Shown in pieces: positions 1 to 23,390 of a DNA stretch of 64,000 nucleotides (position 1 is the first letter of the stretch; every line of letters begins with the position of its first letter). The stretch lies in NCBI RefSeq assembly GCF_009914755.1, contig NC_060946.1. The stretch is one strand, 5' to 3'. This stretch comes from the human T2T-CHM13v2.0 reference genome, Homo sapiens. Position numbers and translations under genes: made by a program. Below the pieces are notes generated by a model. The model worked only from the letters and a program-made list of their open reading frames with translations, made no database searches and was not told where the DNA came from.

Positions 1-3000
1 GATGTTTTGAACCACAGCCCCAGGGAGTTTCTTGGATCAGGCAAGTCTGGGAATCCTAGAGGCTGCGTATCAGGTCCTTCTTTGAAGACTCTTCTGGTGA
101 AACACCTTCCGCCCACCTGTCAACATGTCCTTGGGGTAAAGCCAACTTTCTCTTCTTCTCAATTAATAATAATGTTTCCTAACTGGAATTGGGTGCACAC
201 TAGTGCCAGGTGCTTTCTAAAATATAAATTAATTAATTTCATCCACCAGTAGCCCTCTGGGGCAATTATTTTTAGCTCCATCTTACAGAGGGGGAAACTG
301 AGGCCAGGGGAGTTCATAACTCACCCAAGGTTACACAGCTGGAAATTTGGAAGAGCCAAGACTCTCTTCCCCACCACAGAACAGCCTGTGCGAGCCGCCC
401 CAGCGCCTGGAGGCACCGACCCAGAGCGGGTCTCACAAGGCTGAAAACCTGGGGTCTTCCCAGGGCAGTAGGGCGGCTTCATGGAACTAGAGGCTGTAGT
501 CCCAGTCCCAGTCCCCAGGCCCTTCCCCTCGCCAAGTCTGCATAGCCACATCAAATTGTGGTGGTTCCTTTACCAGGCTCCCCTCTGCCTTCCTGCCTGG
601 GGCAAAAGAGGGCGCTCCAGAGCCACAGAAAGTCCACTGGGACAAATGACCTCATCCTTCCACCCCAGCCCTCCACTCCCTAAAACCTCCCCTCCTTCCC
701 TCACCTGTGCCTTTCTCCAACCCTATCATGTCACTAGCACTTCTCTAGAAGTGCCATGCCTTTGGCCAGGTTGTTTCCTGGGCCAGGCACACTCTTTCAC
801 AATTTTAGGCTTCTATATTGAGAGGGTGGCCTCCTTCCTCCAGGAAGCCCTCCCTGGCTGCCTCCTCTGAGCTAGCTAGCTCCAATGTGCCCCCACGGCC
901 TCTGGGGGATGACTGCCCCAAGCATCAACCATGTTGTGCCCTAAGGGGCTGGGGTCCGGGAGGGGAGACGAGGACAGGGGTCACCTACCTCCTTTTGGGT
1001 TAGGTGAGGGAGCGTGTGGGGGATGGGGCAGGCCTCCCTCTGCCCGGCCTCTTCTGGACCAGCGACCCTGACCCTCAGGCCCTCGGTCAATACCCATTGG
1101 GCAACTACAGGATCGATCGGCTGGGGCTGCCTGGAGGGGGAGGTAGGCAGGGTTGTTTGCTTCCCCAGGGGCACCTTTGGCCAGCCCCACCCCTCCGTGG
1201 AGGTCTCCCCTGCCGGTCTCAGCCTCTTGACGTCCTCACCCCTCCTCTGGGATTGTGCAGGCAGCGGGGGGAAAAAGAGGGAGGCAGCAGCAGATGGGGG
1301 CTGACCCGGGAGCTGGCTCAACGCCCTGCCCTAGGGATGGAGAGACTGAGGCCGCCAGAGCCTGGTCAAGCCAGAGCTGAAGCCTCCGGCCCCAGCGGGA
1401 CGGGAAGGAATCTGGTCTCCTCCTTCCTGGCTCCCTCAGCCCCGCCCCCATCAGAGCTGGGGAGGCCCCGGGATGGGAGGAGAGGACTGGGGCGGGGCAC
1501 CCAGACTTGGAGTGGGGCCTGGAGCCCGGGATGCTTCCTGCGGACCTTCAACTCCCACATTCCAGGCTGTTCCCAAGACTCCTCGCTCCTCCTCCCTTCT
1601 CTACCCATCCCGTGTTGCGGGCGGGGGCGCGGGTGTTAGTGGCCAGGGTCTGAGCTAGCTGCCTGGGGCCTGTGGGGGTACTCGGGGGCCCCTCCTAGGG
1701 AGGGATTAGATCTACACTAGAGGGGCTGCCCTGGAGGCCTGTCCAAGCACCACCCAAGGGTACTTGTGATTGTCGTAAACAGGAAGCCCCCCTTTCCCCA
1801 CCGCACCATGTAGACAGGCCCTGTGTGTCCAGACGCTGCGCTCTGGAGGCCGGGGGCTCTTGACCTCCCCGGCTGCGTTTCCTGTTAGCTGAGCCAGAGG
1901 AGAAAGAAGGGGACTGAAATGGGCTGGACAGGGGAGGTGCCTCAGGGAGTGAGAGCAGAAGGGGAAAGAGCCAAGGAGTGAAAGGCCAGAGCTGCCTGGC
2001 ACACAGTAGGTGGTCAATAGTCTGTGGCCTGAGGTTGGGTAAGAAGGGAGGGGCCCCTCTGAGGAGAGCCATACAGTTGCCGGGAAGAGTGGAGGATTCA
2101 CCCCACTGCCACCAAGGCCTGGCACATAGTAGGTGCTCAGGAAATATTTGAGATCCATGTTTAGAGTAGGCCGGGAGGAGGCGTTCTTGGAAGAGAGCAG
2201 TGTTTCTGGAGAAGAAAATGAGGCCACCCCGGCCTTGCAGCCCGCTGCGGGCTCAGCATTCCCCCACCGTCCCTGTCTGGCCCCCGCCCCGCCCTGTGGC
2301 TGCCTGGGCCAGGCCACTGTCTCAAGGCCCTTTATTTTTAAAATCCCTGCGGTGTTCCTGCCCCAAGACTAAGGAGCAGTGCCAGCCAACAGCTCAGCCT
2401 GCGGCCTGGGCTCAGGGCCTAAAGGCGCCAGGGGTGGGGCATCTGGCCACCCCACAGCTGCTGGCCCAGCCGGCCTGCCTGAGCAGGGTGAGGAGGCCCC
2501 TGGAATGCCCCCACCCTGGGCCCGAGGCATTAGTCCTTAGTCCCTGGTGAAGGGACAGAGGCCCACAAGGGTGGCAAGCAGGCTTTGCATGTTGAATATA
2601 GTAGCTTGTTCCTCCCACATCTTCCAAACAAATACGGGCACAGCACCTACTGTGTGTAAGGAGGAGGCGCGAGCTGGACCTCGTGGGGTGACAAAGGGGT
2701 GAGACATGCTTTCTCTTTTCCAGGGAGTCAGGGCCTGCAGAGGAAACAGGCATCGCAGTTGTGGGCATTTCTTGAAAGAGCCACGGACTGGAATCTAAGA
2801 GGCCTCTGGGCCCCAGTCCTGGCTCCATCCCTTCCCAGCTGTGTGGACTTGGGCAAGGCATTTGGTCTCTCTAAGCTTCTCTACAAAGGAAAACAATCAC
2901 AGCTACCATGGAAGGCTGCTGTCTGTCACTAGACACAGCGATGAGCAACGCAGTCACCATCCCTGCCCTCACGGAGGTTAATGTCATGGGGGAAGGTGGT

Positions 3001-3099
3001 CCCCTGAACAAGGTCATGGCAGTCACCAGAGGCACAGAGCAGCAGCACGGAAGGGAGGGTGCTGGGGGGCAGGGGTGGGAGAGAACTTAATTTATGTGT

Positions 3100-6371
<3,272 letters not shown>

Positions 6372-8134
6372 CATCATAGGCATTGTTACTCCCACTTGAC
6401 AGATGAGAAAACTGAGGCACGGGGAGGCTAAAGAACTTGCCCAAGATCCACAACTGGTACTACTTGGAGCCAGGTCTTCTTCTGACTTTCTGCAAAGGGA
6501 AGCATCTGGGGAACTCTCTGTTCTCAGAGGTGGAAAGAGGAGCAGTGAGCAGAGGTTATGACGAGTTGATTTCTGCTCCATTTCAGGGAGAAATTCTTGG
6601 CTGGCAGAGCTGTCCTCTTGGGGGAGTGGTGAGCTTCCAGTCACCAAAGGGATGTAAGTAGAGGCAACAGCCATCAGTCAGGGTTGCTTCTGAACAATTC
6701 CTGCCCCAGAAGGATGTGTATACAGGACGTGAGGTTCCTCCTCACCCCTGGAGACCGGAGGAGATCATGGTCCCTCTGAGCGTGGTCCCAGAGCCTTTGC
6801 CCTCAAGGCAGCAGGCCACTGAGAGGCGACAGACCTGGACTCAAATCCAGCGTGACCATTTCCAAGCCATGAGACGTTACTTCACCTCCTTGGCCTCAGT
6901 TTCCTCATCTGCACAATGGCGTTGTGAGGATCAGAGCAAATATAAGTGGAACTTCAAGCTCTGAGCTGTGTCTGGCAATCAGGAGATGCTCAGTTAATGC
7001 TCCTCCTGCTTCTGCTCTTCTTCTTATCATCAATCCAGGAAAGAGAGGAGGAAACCAGGAGCTAGGAAGCAGGTTTGGGGCATAGGAGGTTGCTGGGTGA
7101 ACCCAGGACCTAGAGCCAGGAGCGCCAGGTCCGACTCCCAGCTCTTTGATGAACAGGCAGGTGCCATGGGCAAAAGGTGTGTTCCCTTGTCCATTTCTGT
7201 CTCTGCCACACAAAGGAGATCATGAACATGGAAGTGCTTCATTAACCAAAGTGGACGGGCTTTTGTTAGAAGAAAACAGAGAGATCCACGTGTCCAGGAA
7301 TGAGCGCGTGGCCATGGGGGTGAGGAAGGCGCCCCCACAGCCCACCCAGGCAGGGCCACGTGAAGCCCCCAGGGCTGGGCCAGGCTGGAGGAGGCCATGC
7401 AGGAGATGGTCAGGGCAAAGCAGGACTGGCCTGCAGCCCAAGGGCCTATCTCTTAGGCCAGGGTGGGCCACAGAGAATAGGCCATTGTTTCTGCTCCTCA
7501 AATACTTTTCCTGTCCCCCCTCCATGCCCCTCCTCTCTCCACCCCACCCACCTCACAGTGAGAACAAAGGTCTCCTGGAGGACCCCTCCCCACCACCCTT
7601 CCATCCAGGCCCCGAACCACCTGGCCCAGGTCTGGAGAGCACATTTCTATCACCCAGGGACAACAGGGTCACCTGGCCCTGACCCCTTCTGCTGCCCCTC
7701 CCGCCCCCTCCAACTGCAGCCACCGCGGACCCCCACTCCGCCTTCAGTCCATCCATCTGTCTGTCCTCCTCAGGGGTGGGGCTGGAGGAACTGACCCCAC
7801 ATCCTTCCTCAACCCCCCTCCAACTTCTTGCTCTCCAGGAGAAAGGGAGCCAGAGGGGTTGGGGGGGCCTCCCCACCCCCATTTCCCTGCGGATCAGTGA
7901 ACAAGAAACCAGAGCTGGGTCGGCCTGGAAGGCTCCGCCTGAGAAAGCTCTTCCACAGGCCAGCCCTTTTCCCAGAGCCTGGAATTCCAGAGGCGTTTCC
8001 GGCTCTGACAGCTGTCTCCTGGAGACGTGCCCTCCCCGTGGGCCTCACAGCCACGCCCTCCAAAATGCCCCTGGGATTAACTCCCATCCTGACCCTACTG
8101 CTCCCAAGAATCCTTTTGCACCCAGACATCACCT

Positions 8135-8194
8135 CGAGGAGCAGCTGGGTGACACAGATAGGGACGAAGAGCAGCTGGGTGACACAGATAGGGA
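8135..8194 (+). repeat. 30-bp tandem duplication
   Basis: CGA(G/A)GAGCAGCTGGGTGACACAGATAGGGA x2, one mismatch. Confidence 0.95.
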
Positions 8195-8617
8195 TGCATC
8201 TGCCATCACCCGGCACCCAGGCTACTCCCTAGCCTCAGGCCAGGCCCTGACTCCCGCACATCTCAGCCATCACTGCAGCTGACACACCTTGGCCGCATAT
8301 ACCCGAGTCAGACACACACACTTAGAGTTTCCAGCCTGGCTCTCACTGTTTGCACACAGCCTCATACATCTATAGAGCCTCGCTCATCCTACCTCCTCCA
8401 GGCAGTCTTCCTGGAAGCCCTGCCAAGTCGGTGCTGAGCCTTACCTGTCTGTGAGCCTGTTTCACCCTGTTAGTCTGAGAGATGGCATACACTCAGCAGA
8501 TGCTCACCCACACTGAAGCCAGCCATGGAGTGTGTGGCAGCCCAGGACTCCACTGCACACTCGCATGCAACCCCGACAAGTCTATTCTCTCTGGGCCTCA
8601 GTGGCCTCAGAAGCCTT

Positions 8618-11262
<2,645 letters not shown>

Positions 11263-11399
11263 AGCAGTCTTCAAGGGTATTTTGCCTCCAGGTAACCTGC
11301 TGATGAGGTGAGTGAAGTGCATGTGTGTGAGAAAGATGGGGACGTGCTCAGACACCCATACTGGTCAGCAGAGACCAGGCGTGAGTCAGTGTAAGGGCA

Positions 11400-11790
11400 T
11401 TACAGGATGGAAGTGGAAGGAGTAGATGGACAGGTGGGTGAGTAGATGGCCACGGGTGTGGGCAGTGGATCAAACAATGCTGGGTAGAGTGGGTGGGTGG
11501 GTGTACAGGTAGGTAAATGGATGATGGGGTGGAAGGATGCATGGGTGTGTAGGCGGCTGGATGGGTGCATAAGTGGATGGATGGATGAATGGGGGATAGG
11601 CAATGGGTCAATGGAAGGGTGGGTAAGTAAGTGGTTGAGTGATTGGATGTATGTGAGTAGCAGATCAAGACATGGACAGGAAGTAGGTGGGTAAATGGGT
11701 GCATGGAAGGGAGGGCAGATGGATGGACAGGGGAGTGGGCAGTGGGTAGATGGATGAATTAGCGATCGCATCGACAGATGGATGGACCAG
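11400..11790 (+). repeat. Degenerate (TGGA/TGGG)n low-complexity tract
   Basis: Repeated GGATGGAT/GGGTGGGT units. Confidence 0.8.
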
Positions 11791-12972
11791 TGGACACTCA
11801 AGAGCTGGAGAACGGGAAAGACCAATCAGTGGTCAATGAGCAGATGCATTAACTGACCAAAAGCCCAGCCAGACTTTGGGGTACAAAGGGGACATGCACC
11901 CTAGGGAGGGGCTGATAGTTGTGGCCTCAGTTGAAGGCTCCCATCCCAAACCTCCCTGGAACCTGGAAGCAGCCACTGGCATTCCTGGGTCCCCAAGGAG
12001 GAAATACTTCTCCGTAGCTCTGCCCTGCCCCCTCCTCCCTGGCTCCATAGACTGCTCCCTGCCCAGGACCTGCCTCCTTCCCTTAGGCCCCTTGCCTTGG
12101 CCAACCCAATCTGCTGGGCTGAGTGGAGGGGGCAGCTGAGCCCTGGGACTATAGCCTGAGGAGCCTGGTTCCTTCAAGACAGGGAGGTAGGGGATCCTGA
12201 GCTCTGGGCGGTTGGTTCACCTAGCAGCTCCCCGTCCCCAGCTGGGAGGCATTTGTTCTGCATTCTGCACGATGATTACAGCCCTGCCAAGGTTAACCCC
12301 TGCACTCCTGGGCACAGCCTCTCAAAGGGAAGGAAGGGGACCGCAGGAAATTGGGGGAGGAGAAAAGCATGATAAAGGGAGACTGCCCAACCCTGGATCC
12401 TTCTTGGGGATATTGAAACTTCTCCCTTTCTCCCGTTTTCCAGAGGGAAAAACTGAGTCAGATCCTTAAATCAGGAGTGGAGCCAGGAACAAGGGCACAG
12501 CCTACATGGAGATAGGTTTCTATCTGGAGGCAGGCTGCAAAGGAGGGAGAGGGCTCCTCTCTGCCTCAGCTTACCCAGATGTAAAAGGGGGCAAGAATTC
12601 CTGATTCACAGGTTGCCTGTCAATGAGCTGGAGAAGACAAAGCGTGTGGCATATATAGTAGGGAGGTTCTCAACCTCTTGTTCTTTCCTGCCTGCCCTCC
12701 CTGCCCGCGGGTGAAGAAGATGGAGCAAGCATGGGGCAGGTTGTAACCACTTCCATCAGGACTGCTTGCTCAGTCATCTGCCTGGGGCTCACAACACCCC
12801 AACTAGTAAATACCCACACTGCTATTATACCCATTTCAGAGATGAGAAACTTGAGGCTCAAATGGGCCAAGTGCTTTGCCCACGGTCAGCCACTGGGCCA
12901 GGATTTGAGCTCAGGGCCTTTGACATTGCACCAGACTGCCTCCTTTACCAGCCGCTCTAGGGATCCTCTGAC

Positions 12973-13102
12973 TAGAGTGACGTGTAATTGATTGTCTAAC
13001 CAGGTCACCTTTGAGAATGAAAGGAAGTGCTATTAATAATTACACTGGAACAGTATGTGTAATCTGGGCTGTCCTAGGCAAACTGGAAAGTATGGCCATC
13101 CT
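12973..13102 (+). mobile_element. Short hAT element (MER94-like)
   Basis: TTTGAGAATGAAAGG..GCTATTAATAATTAC..GGGCTGTCCTAGGCAAACTGG resembles recalled MER94. Confidence 0.5.
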
Positions 13103-13359
13103 GCCAAAGTAGGGAGCTTTACGCAAATCACTTCACTTATCTGCAAAAGGGACACCATGGCAGGACTTTCCCTATGGGGCTCTCACAAGAATTAAATGTC
13201 ATAATGCATGTTAATGAGCTACAGGACCTGGTATGCATCAGGTGCTCAATAAGTGCTGGTTACTACTGATGCTATTAATAGTAATAACCACAGTAGCACT
13301 AGTTCTTTGTTTCCATCACTGTCCTTCCAGTCCATTCTTCACTCACAGTCAGATTTCTA

Positions 13360-14835
<1,476 letters not shown>

Positions 14836-15399
14836 TTAGGGACCTCTCTGTGCCCTGACAGCCCGAGGACTCTATAGTCAGATGGGAGTAGTCAAAGGAG
14901 GGCACAACAACGGGAGGCAGGGGCCAGAGATCTATCTCCCCTCCTTGAGGATGGCACAGGGTCCCGGGTATGGCTGATTCCCTGCCCTCCATGGAGGTGG
15001 GCGGGGTGGGGGGAGGGTCTGTAAAGTCTCTGAGATGCGACTTCATTTACCTGCCGAGCAAGCCTCCTAGGTGCTCTTGGAGCAGGAAACACTTCACACA
15101 ACATCTGATGCTGCTATTATCTATCCCACTTTCAGATCAGGAAACTGAGGCAGAGAAAGGTAAGTAGTGACTGAGGCAGGACAGGAGCCCAGGCTGTCCG
15201 GCTCCAGGGTCCCGGTCTTGACGGCCACTCTACCCCACTCTACCAGTCGCCCCAGTATGGCTGTCTTCCTCCTGGGCACCGCGGGGCCTGTACCGGATGG
15301 AAGGGAATGAGAATGGGGAGCAAAGGAGTGGGCATGTCATGCCTGTAAACATCAAGGTTTAAAGGCCCAGGCATTCAAGGCCTCAGATCGAGCTTCCCG

Positions 15400-17120
15400 G
15401 TTCCCCGAACTCCCGCAGGGCGCGGCTGGAGGGCCCAGGAGGGAGGAGAGTTCATCAGGCCTGGACGCCCCAAGCAAGGCCACGAGGGGAACCGGTGGAA
15501 GAGGGGTTGGCGGCCGGGGACCGGAGTCGCCTCCCCGGGGCAGCCCGCACGTTCCCCGGCTGGCCTTGTCCGGGGTGGCGAGCAGAGGCCTGGCCTGGCC
15601 CCCCAGCCGCGTCCCTGCCAGCTCTCGGCGGCCGCGAGGACGGTGCCGGGGAGGGGGCCGGGGAGGGGGCCGGGCCCCGCCCGCGGGCGGGAGGAGACGG
15701 GCGGGAGGCGGGAGCGCCCACACCCCGCCCCCGCCCCCGGATCCAGCCCGCGGAGCCCGCGGCCAGGGCGGCGCAGACCGGCCCAGCGACTCTCCCGGGC
15801 TGCCAGCCGGGACGCGCGGCCGCCGCCGCTGCAGACGACGAGTCCGCCCTCGTCCCGCGCCCCCGGGGCTCGCGGAGCCAGGTAACAGCCCGGGCGCGCG
15901 GGTCCTCGGGGCGGAGGCCGTGGAGGCCGGCGGGTCCCGGCGCCCGCGGGGACTCTGCACCCTACTAGGCTCCCGGGGCCGGAACGGGGACGGGACCCGC
16001 CCGGGAGAGGCGCCCCCGGGTGCCCACAGGAAGGCCGGGCGCGGCCGCGGAGCCGCGCGAGGAAACTCCGAGCTTTCGGGCTTCGTGTCCCGTTCCAGGC
16101 TGGTGGAGGGGGCAGAGGATCGGACACGGCTGAGCGGCCAAAATGCGCGAGGAGGGGGCGAGCCGAGGGGCAGAGCGGGGGCTGTCTCCGCGCCTTCCTG
16201 CGCGGGGGAAGGAAGGGCCGGGGCGGGCAGCGGGCGACGCGGCGGAATGTCTCCCCTCCGCCGAGGCCCACGCGGAGAGCGGGAAGTGGGGGGTGGGGGG
16301 CCCGGGGAGATGGACAGGCACCCTGCCCCCCTCCCCGACCGCCGCATTCCAGGCTGGAGCCGCGGATGAGGTCATCCCGTCCGGTTCCCCTCCGGCCAAG
16401 ACAGCCGGTCGTCCCCTTCCCCCGCGGAGCGACCCTCCGCGTCCTGAGCCCCGTCCCCCCAGGGAATGTTGGATGGCCGAAGTCTTTCCCGGACTTCCAA
16501 TCCCGGCCGCCCTCCAGATTGTTCTGCCTTTGCCCCAGCAGTGCCAGACCCGCAACATTCGAAGCCCTTTTCCTAGACCGGGAAACTGAGGCTTAGAGAG
16601 TAGGGGGGACTGGCCGGGAGGCCGCAGCGGCACTAAACGTGGCGCGGGGACCCGAGACGCGGCCCGCAGCCGCTCCGTCTCGCTCGGTCCCGGGCTGGTT
16701 CGGCTCTAACTCGGGGCGGTGGGCACGAAGCGCGTCTCCTTTCCACTTTCCCCGTCGCTCCCTAATGGCCCACGGTGCCCCCCTTGGAATACGGAGGACC
16801 GGGTCCCCTAGCGCGACTGCGAACAACTAGCTACCCCGTTCTGGCCTCAGTTTCCCCGTCTCTCCACCTTGAAGCGTCTGGACTTTGAGGAGCAGGAGAA
16901 GTCAGCCGACCGGTTTAACCCCTTATTCCAGGGACCAGAGCAGGTTTGGGGGAGCTGCCGTAACCATGACAGGGACCCGCTGTCCAGCGGTGGGGGGGGG
17001 CGTCACCCAGCTGGATGCCCGCAGGAAGTGGGCTGTGTGCACCCGAGCAGTGGCCTCCAGGATGAGACGTGGGCCCCTGGCCAGCACTGCGGCCTGCGGG
17101 TGACCCCCAGGTGAATGCCA
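15400..17120. promoter_or_regulatory. CDC42EP1: CpG island / promoter of CDC42EP1
   Basis: Very GC- and CpG-rich stretch with many GGGCGG/CCGCCC boxes and no TATA box; contains the exon 1 donor. Boundaries approximate. Confidence 0.9.
15720..15881 (+). other. CDC42EP1: CDC42EP1 exon 1 (non-coding; start approximate)
   Basis: Donor CCAG|GTAACA at 15881/15882 inside the CpG island; no ATG in the exon; the next strong acceptor at 21355 leads into the coding exon. TSS inferred. Confidence 0.7.
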
Positions 17121-18118
17121 GGGTGCAGCCGCCCCCGCTCTCCTTCAGACCCGCCCTTGGCCTCCCCGCGACCACATGTGCCTCCACAGCGACCCCTGTT
17201 GGCCCGATCCCGGCTCCAAAACTTGTTCTTGCGTCATTCCCACCATTGAGTGAGCTCAGGCCATGTGCCCAGGCCCTGACTATCCTCTATAGGGTAAATA
17301 TAAGGACTCCAAGGACACTGAGGCTGTGTGGTGACCTCCTTGCCCAGGTCACAGGCAGTGAATCTGCAGAGCTGGGTCTCCTGTCTTCCCAGGCCTGCAC
17401 CTGCACCCCACACCGGGCTCAGCACTGGGCATCCAAGCCCTCCAAATCGTCTTCCCCATTCCCCATCGTCTTCACCCCCACCCTGGGGCATTTACCAGCA
17501 ATGTTGGTCTGTGACTGAGGGTAAATGTCTCCTTTCTGAGCTTCGTTTTTTCCATCTGTGAAAGGGGTGTTCTGAACACTAACGGGCGGTGTTCCTGAGC
17601 AGGTGAGGGGAGGTGAGCCTGGCACCAGGACACTTGGAGCCCTGCTTACTCCAGTGCCAGGTGAGGCACACCTGATGGCCAGCAGTGCCCTGTGGTTGGC
17701 AGCAAGTGCCACGTGGCTGCCACCGGGGTCCCTGGAATGAGAGATGTTAGTGTAAAGGTGTCAGATTTGAACCCATGGCTGCCCTGCTCCAGTATCTGAG
17801 GGTTTCATTACATTTTCTACCCTTGCAACTCCCCTGGGAGGGGAACTGCCTGGTGTGCTGTTCCGTTTTCCACATGGGAAGACCGGGTCCCAATACCCTG
17901 CCCTCAGCTCCACAGCGCTGCAGAGTCTCTCGACCGCAGTAGGCAGGGTAGTGTGAGGGGTGGGTACTATTGGGGGGGTGCCCAGAAACATTTGAAAGAT
18001 GGGATCATCGCAAGATTGGGGAGGAAGCTGGTCCCCCAAGTCAAAAGTGACCATGGGGGTTCAGGGGGGAGGAGCCCCTTTTGCTGGGAGATGAGGTGCT
18101 GCCTCAAGAAGTCAGGGA

Positions 18119-21169
<3,051 letters not shown>

Positions 21170-21354
21170 TGAACTTTCTATACACAGACTCACTTGGGTC
21201 CCCGTGTGCCTAGCTTCTGCCCCGTGTCAGTTGGAGGCCTCCATCCGTGTAGTTGGGTGTGATCATCTATCCTCTTCAGCTGCTAATGTTTGGACCCCGG
21301 ATTTCCTCCTCTGTCGCGGGCCTGCCGTCACCGCCCATTCTGTCTTCCTTCCAG

Positions 21355-21632
21355 GTCTCCACCTCTGGGCAGGAGAGTTGCCGACCACCTCGGGGGTGCT
21401 TTCTCTGCGCTTGAACATCTATAGCTGCTTCTGAGGGGCTGGGAGCCGGGCCCCTGGGAGAGACGAGCCATGAACCCCCCACAGCCTCTGCATTTGGGGA
21501 CCTCACCTTAGGAGAGTGCCATTTACAGCTTCCGCCAGGGCAAAGGAGCTGAGCAGCCATCCCAAGCCCAGCCCACCTCCCTCCCCCGGCCCCTGGTAGG
21601 CATGGACTAGCAGCTGTGAGCAGCCAGAGCTG
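21355..21632 (+). other. CDC42EP1: CDC42EP1 exon 2, 5'UTR portion
   Basis: Polypyrimidine tract and acceptor TGTCTTCCTTCCAG|GTCTCC at 21354/21355. Confidence 0.8.
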
Positions 21633-22095
21633 ATGCCCGGCCCCCAGGGGGGCAGAGGCGCCGCCACCATGAGCCTGGGCAAGCTCTCGCCTGTGGGCTG
21701 GGTGTCCAGTTCACAGGGAAAGAGGCGGCTGACTGCAGACATGATCAGCCACCCACTCGGGGACTTCCGCCACACCATGCATGTGGGCCGTGGCGGGGAT
21801 GTCTTCGGGGACACGTCCTTCCTCAGCAACCACGGTGGCAGCTCCGGGAGCACCCATCGCTCACCCCGCAGCTTCCTGGCCAAGAAGCTGCAGCTGGTGC
21901 GGAGGGTGGGGGCGCCCCCCCGGAGGATGGCATCTCCCCCTGCACCCTCCCCGGCTCCACCGGCCATCTCCCCCATCATCAAGAACGCCATCTCCCTGCC
22001 CCAGCTCAACCAGGCCGCCTACGACAGCCTCGTGGTTGGCAAGCTCAGCTTCGACAGCAGCCCCACCAGCTCCACGGACGGCCACTCCAGCTACG
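21633..22095 (+). CDS. CDC42EP1: CDC42 effector protein 1 (BORG5/MSE55), coding exon A, with CRIB motif ISHPLGDFRHTMHVG (21744-21788)
   Basis: ORF MPGPQGGRGAATMSLGKLSP...; CRIB motif and BORG-type IKNAISLPQL motif; donor TACG|GTGAGG after 463 nt (phase 1). Confidence 0.97.
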
Positions 22096-23390
22096 GTGAG
22101 GGCCTGGGCCATCTTGGCCCACTTTTCAGAGGCTGAGGCTGAGGCCCAGAGGGGTTCAGTGGCTCCTCCAAGCTCCAAGTGAGCTCCAAGTGACCACAGA
22201 GGTCAGGCCCAGACCCCACATCATGGATGGGGAGGGGGTGCAGTGGTGGGAACAAGCTGACTCCCCAAAACACCTGAGGTTGAGAGTGAGGAGGTGGAGT
22301 TTGAATTCTAGCTGCCCCTCACTTGCTGTGTGACCTGGGCAAGCACATCCCCCTCTCTGGGCCTTAGCTGAACCAGTCACCCACCCATTCTTGCCCCCTT
22401 CAACCAAAGCCTTCCCCTCATGTCGGAATGATATCATGGAGAGGTGAAGGGCCTGGGCTCTAGATTCCAATCCAGTTCTGCCTGAATTTCAGGAAGTCAG
22501 TTGACCTCTATAAGTTCAAGTCCTCGCCTGGATAATGAGTCTCTCGGGGTCATTGCTAAGATTCAGTGCCAGGAGAGGCGCAGGGGGGCTGATACTTAGT
22601 AGGTGCTCAGGACACTGGAGCTGTTGTTATCTGAACTTGGTTTCCTGTAACTCGACAAATTTGGGAAACCACTCACAGGAACCGCAAGCCACAGGCCTTC
22701 CTGCCCAGCCAGAAGTGCCACCTTGGCCGTTCGGTCAGAGCTCACCTGAGAACCATGGGCCCCTGCTGCCACCTGGTGGCCACTCCCTGCCTTGCGGGAG
22801 TGGCTCTAACACCCCTGCCCCAGGCGGCTGCTCAGAACCGCACTGAGGACTGGTCCACAGAAACCCGATTCTGTCTCAGGTCTGTAGTCCTGGAAGCAGG
22901 GGCTGGACATGTCTGTCCTTCATTTCTATACAGTCAGACCCTGATTGCTGGTCCCATCCTGTGTCCACAAACCAGCTCACGTGCTATGGGTTCACCTGCA
23001 GCCATCGGCCAGCGTCATGGCAGGGAGCCGGTGGCCATGGCTGAGGTCACAGTTGGGACTGAGAGGAGATTTGAGCTCCAGACTTGATTCCACCTCGTCA
23101 GACTTCTATGGCCTTGGGCTAGCTCCTTCGCCCCATCCCAAACTGAGCCTCACTTTCCCCATCTGCATAATGGAAATGAGGATAATGATGATTTTCAGCT
23201 TTCGGGGTAGACAGGAAGATCACACAGGTGACCATGGAGTGTATTCTATTGGAAAGATGGGAGAAACCGAGGCCAGAGAGGGGAGGGACTAGCCAGAGGC
23301 CACACAGCAAGCCAGGACTGGTCCTGTCTCCCCTCCTGAATTCCTGGTGAGGGACCCCAGCTCTGAGCCCACTGCCCATTTCTCTTCTAG

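Noticed and set aside
1004-2550. GC-rich region with ORFs up to 211 aa
   Set aside because: No domain similarity or exon structure; it may be regulatory, but the sequence alone does not support a call.
15352-16633. Several long overlapping ORFs (331, 298, 267, 222 aa) on both strands
   Set aside because: Low-complexity Pro/Arg/Gly/Ala translations expected from stop-codon depletion in a CpG island; no recognisable domain.
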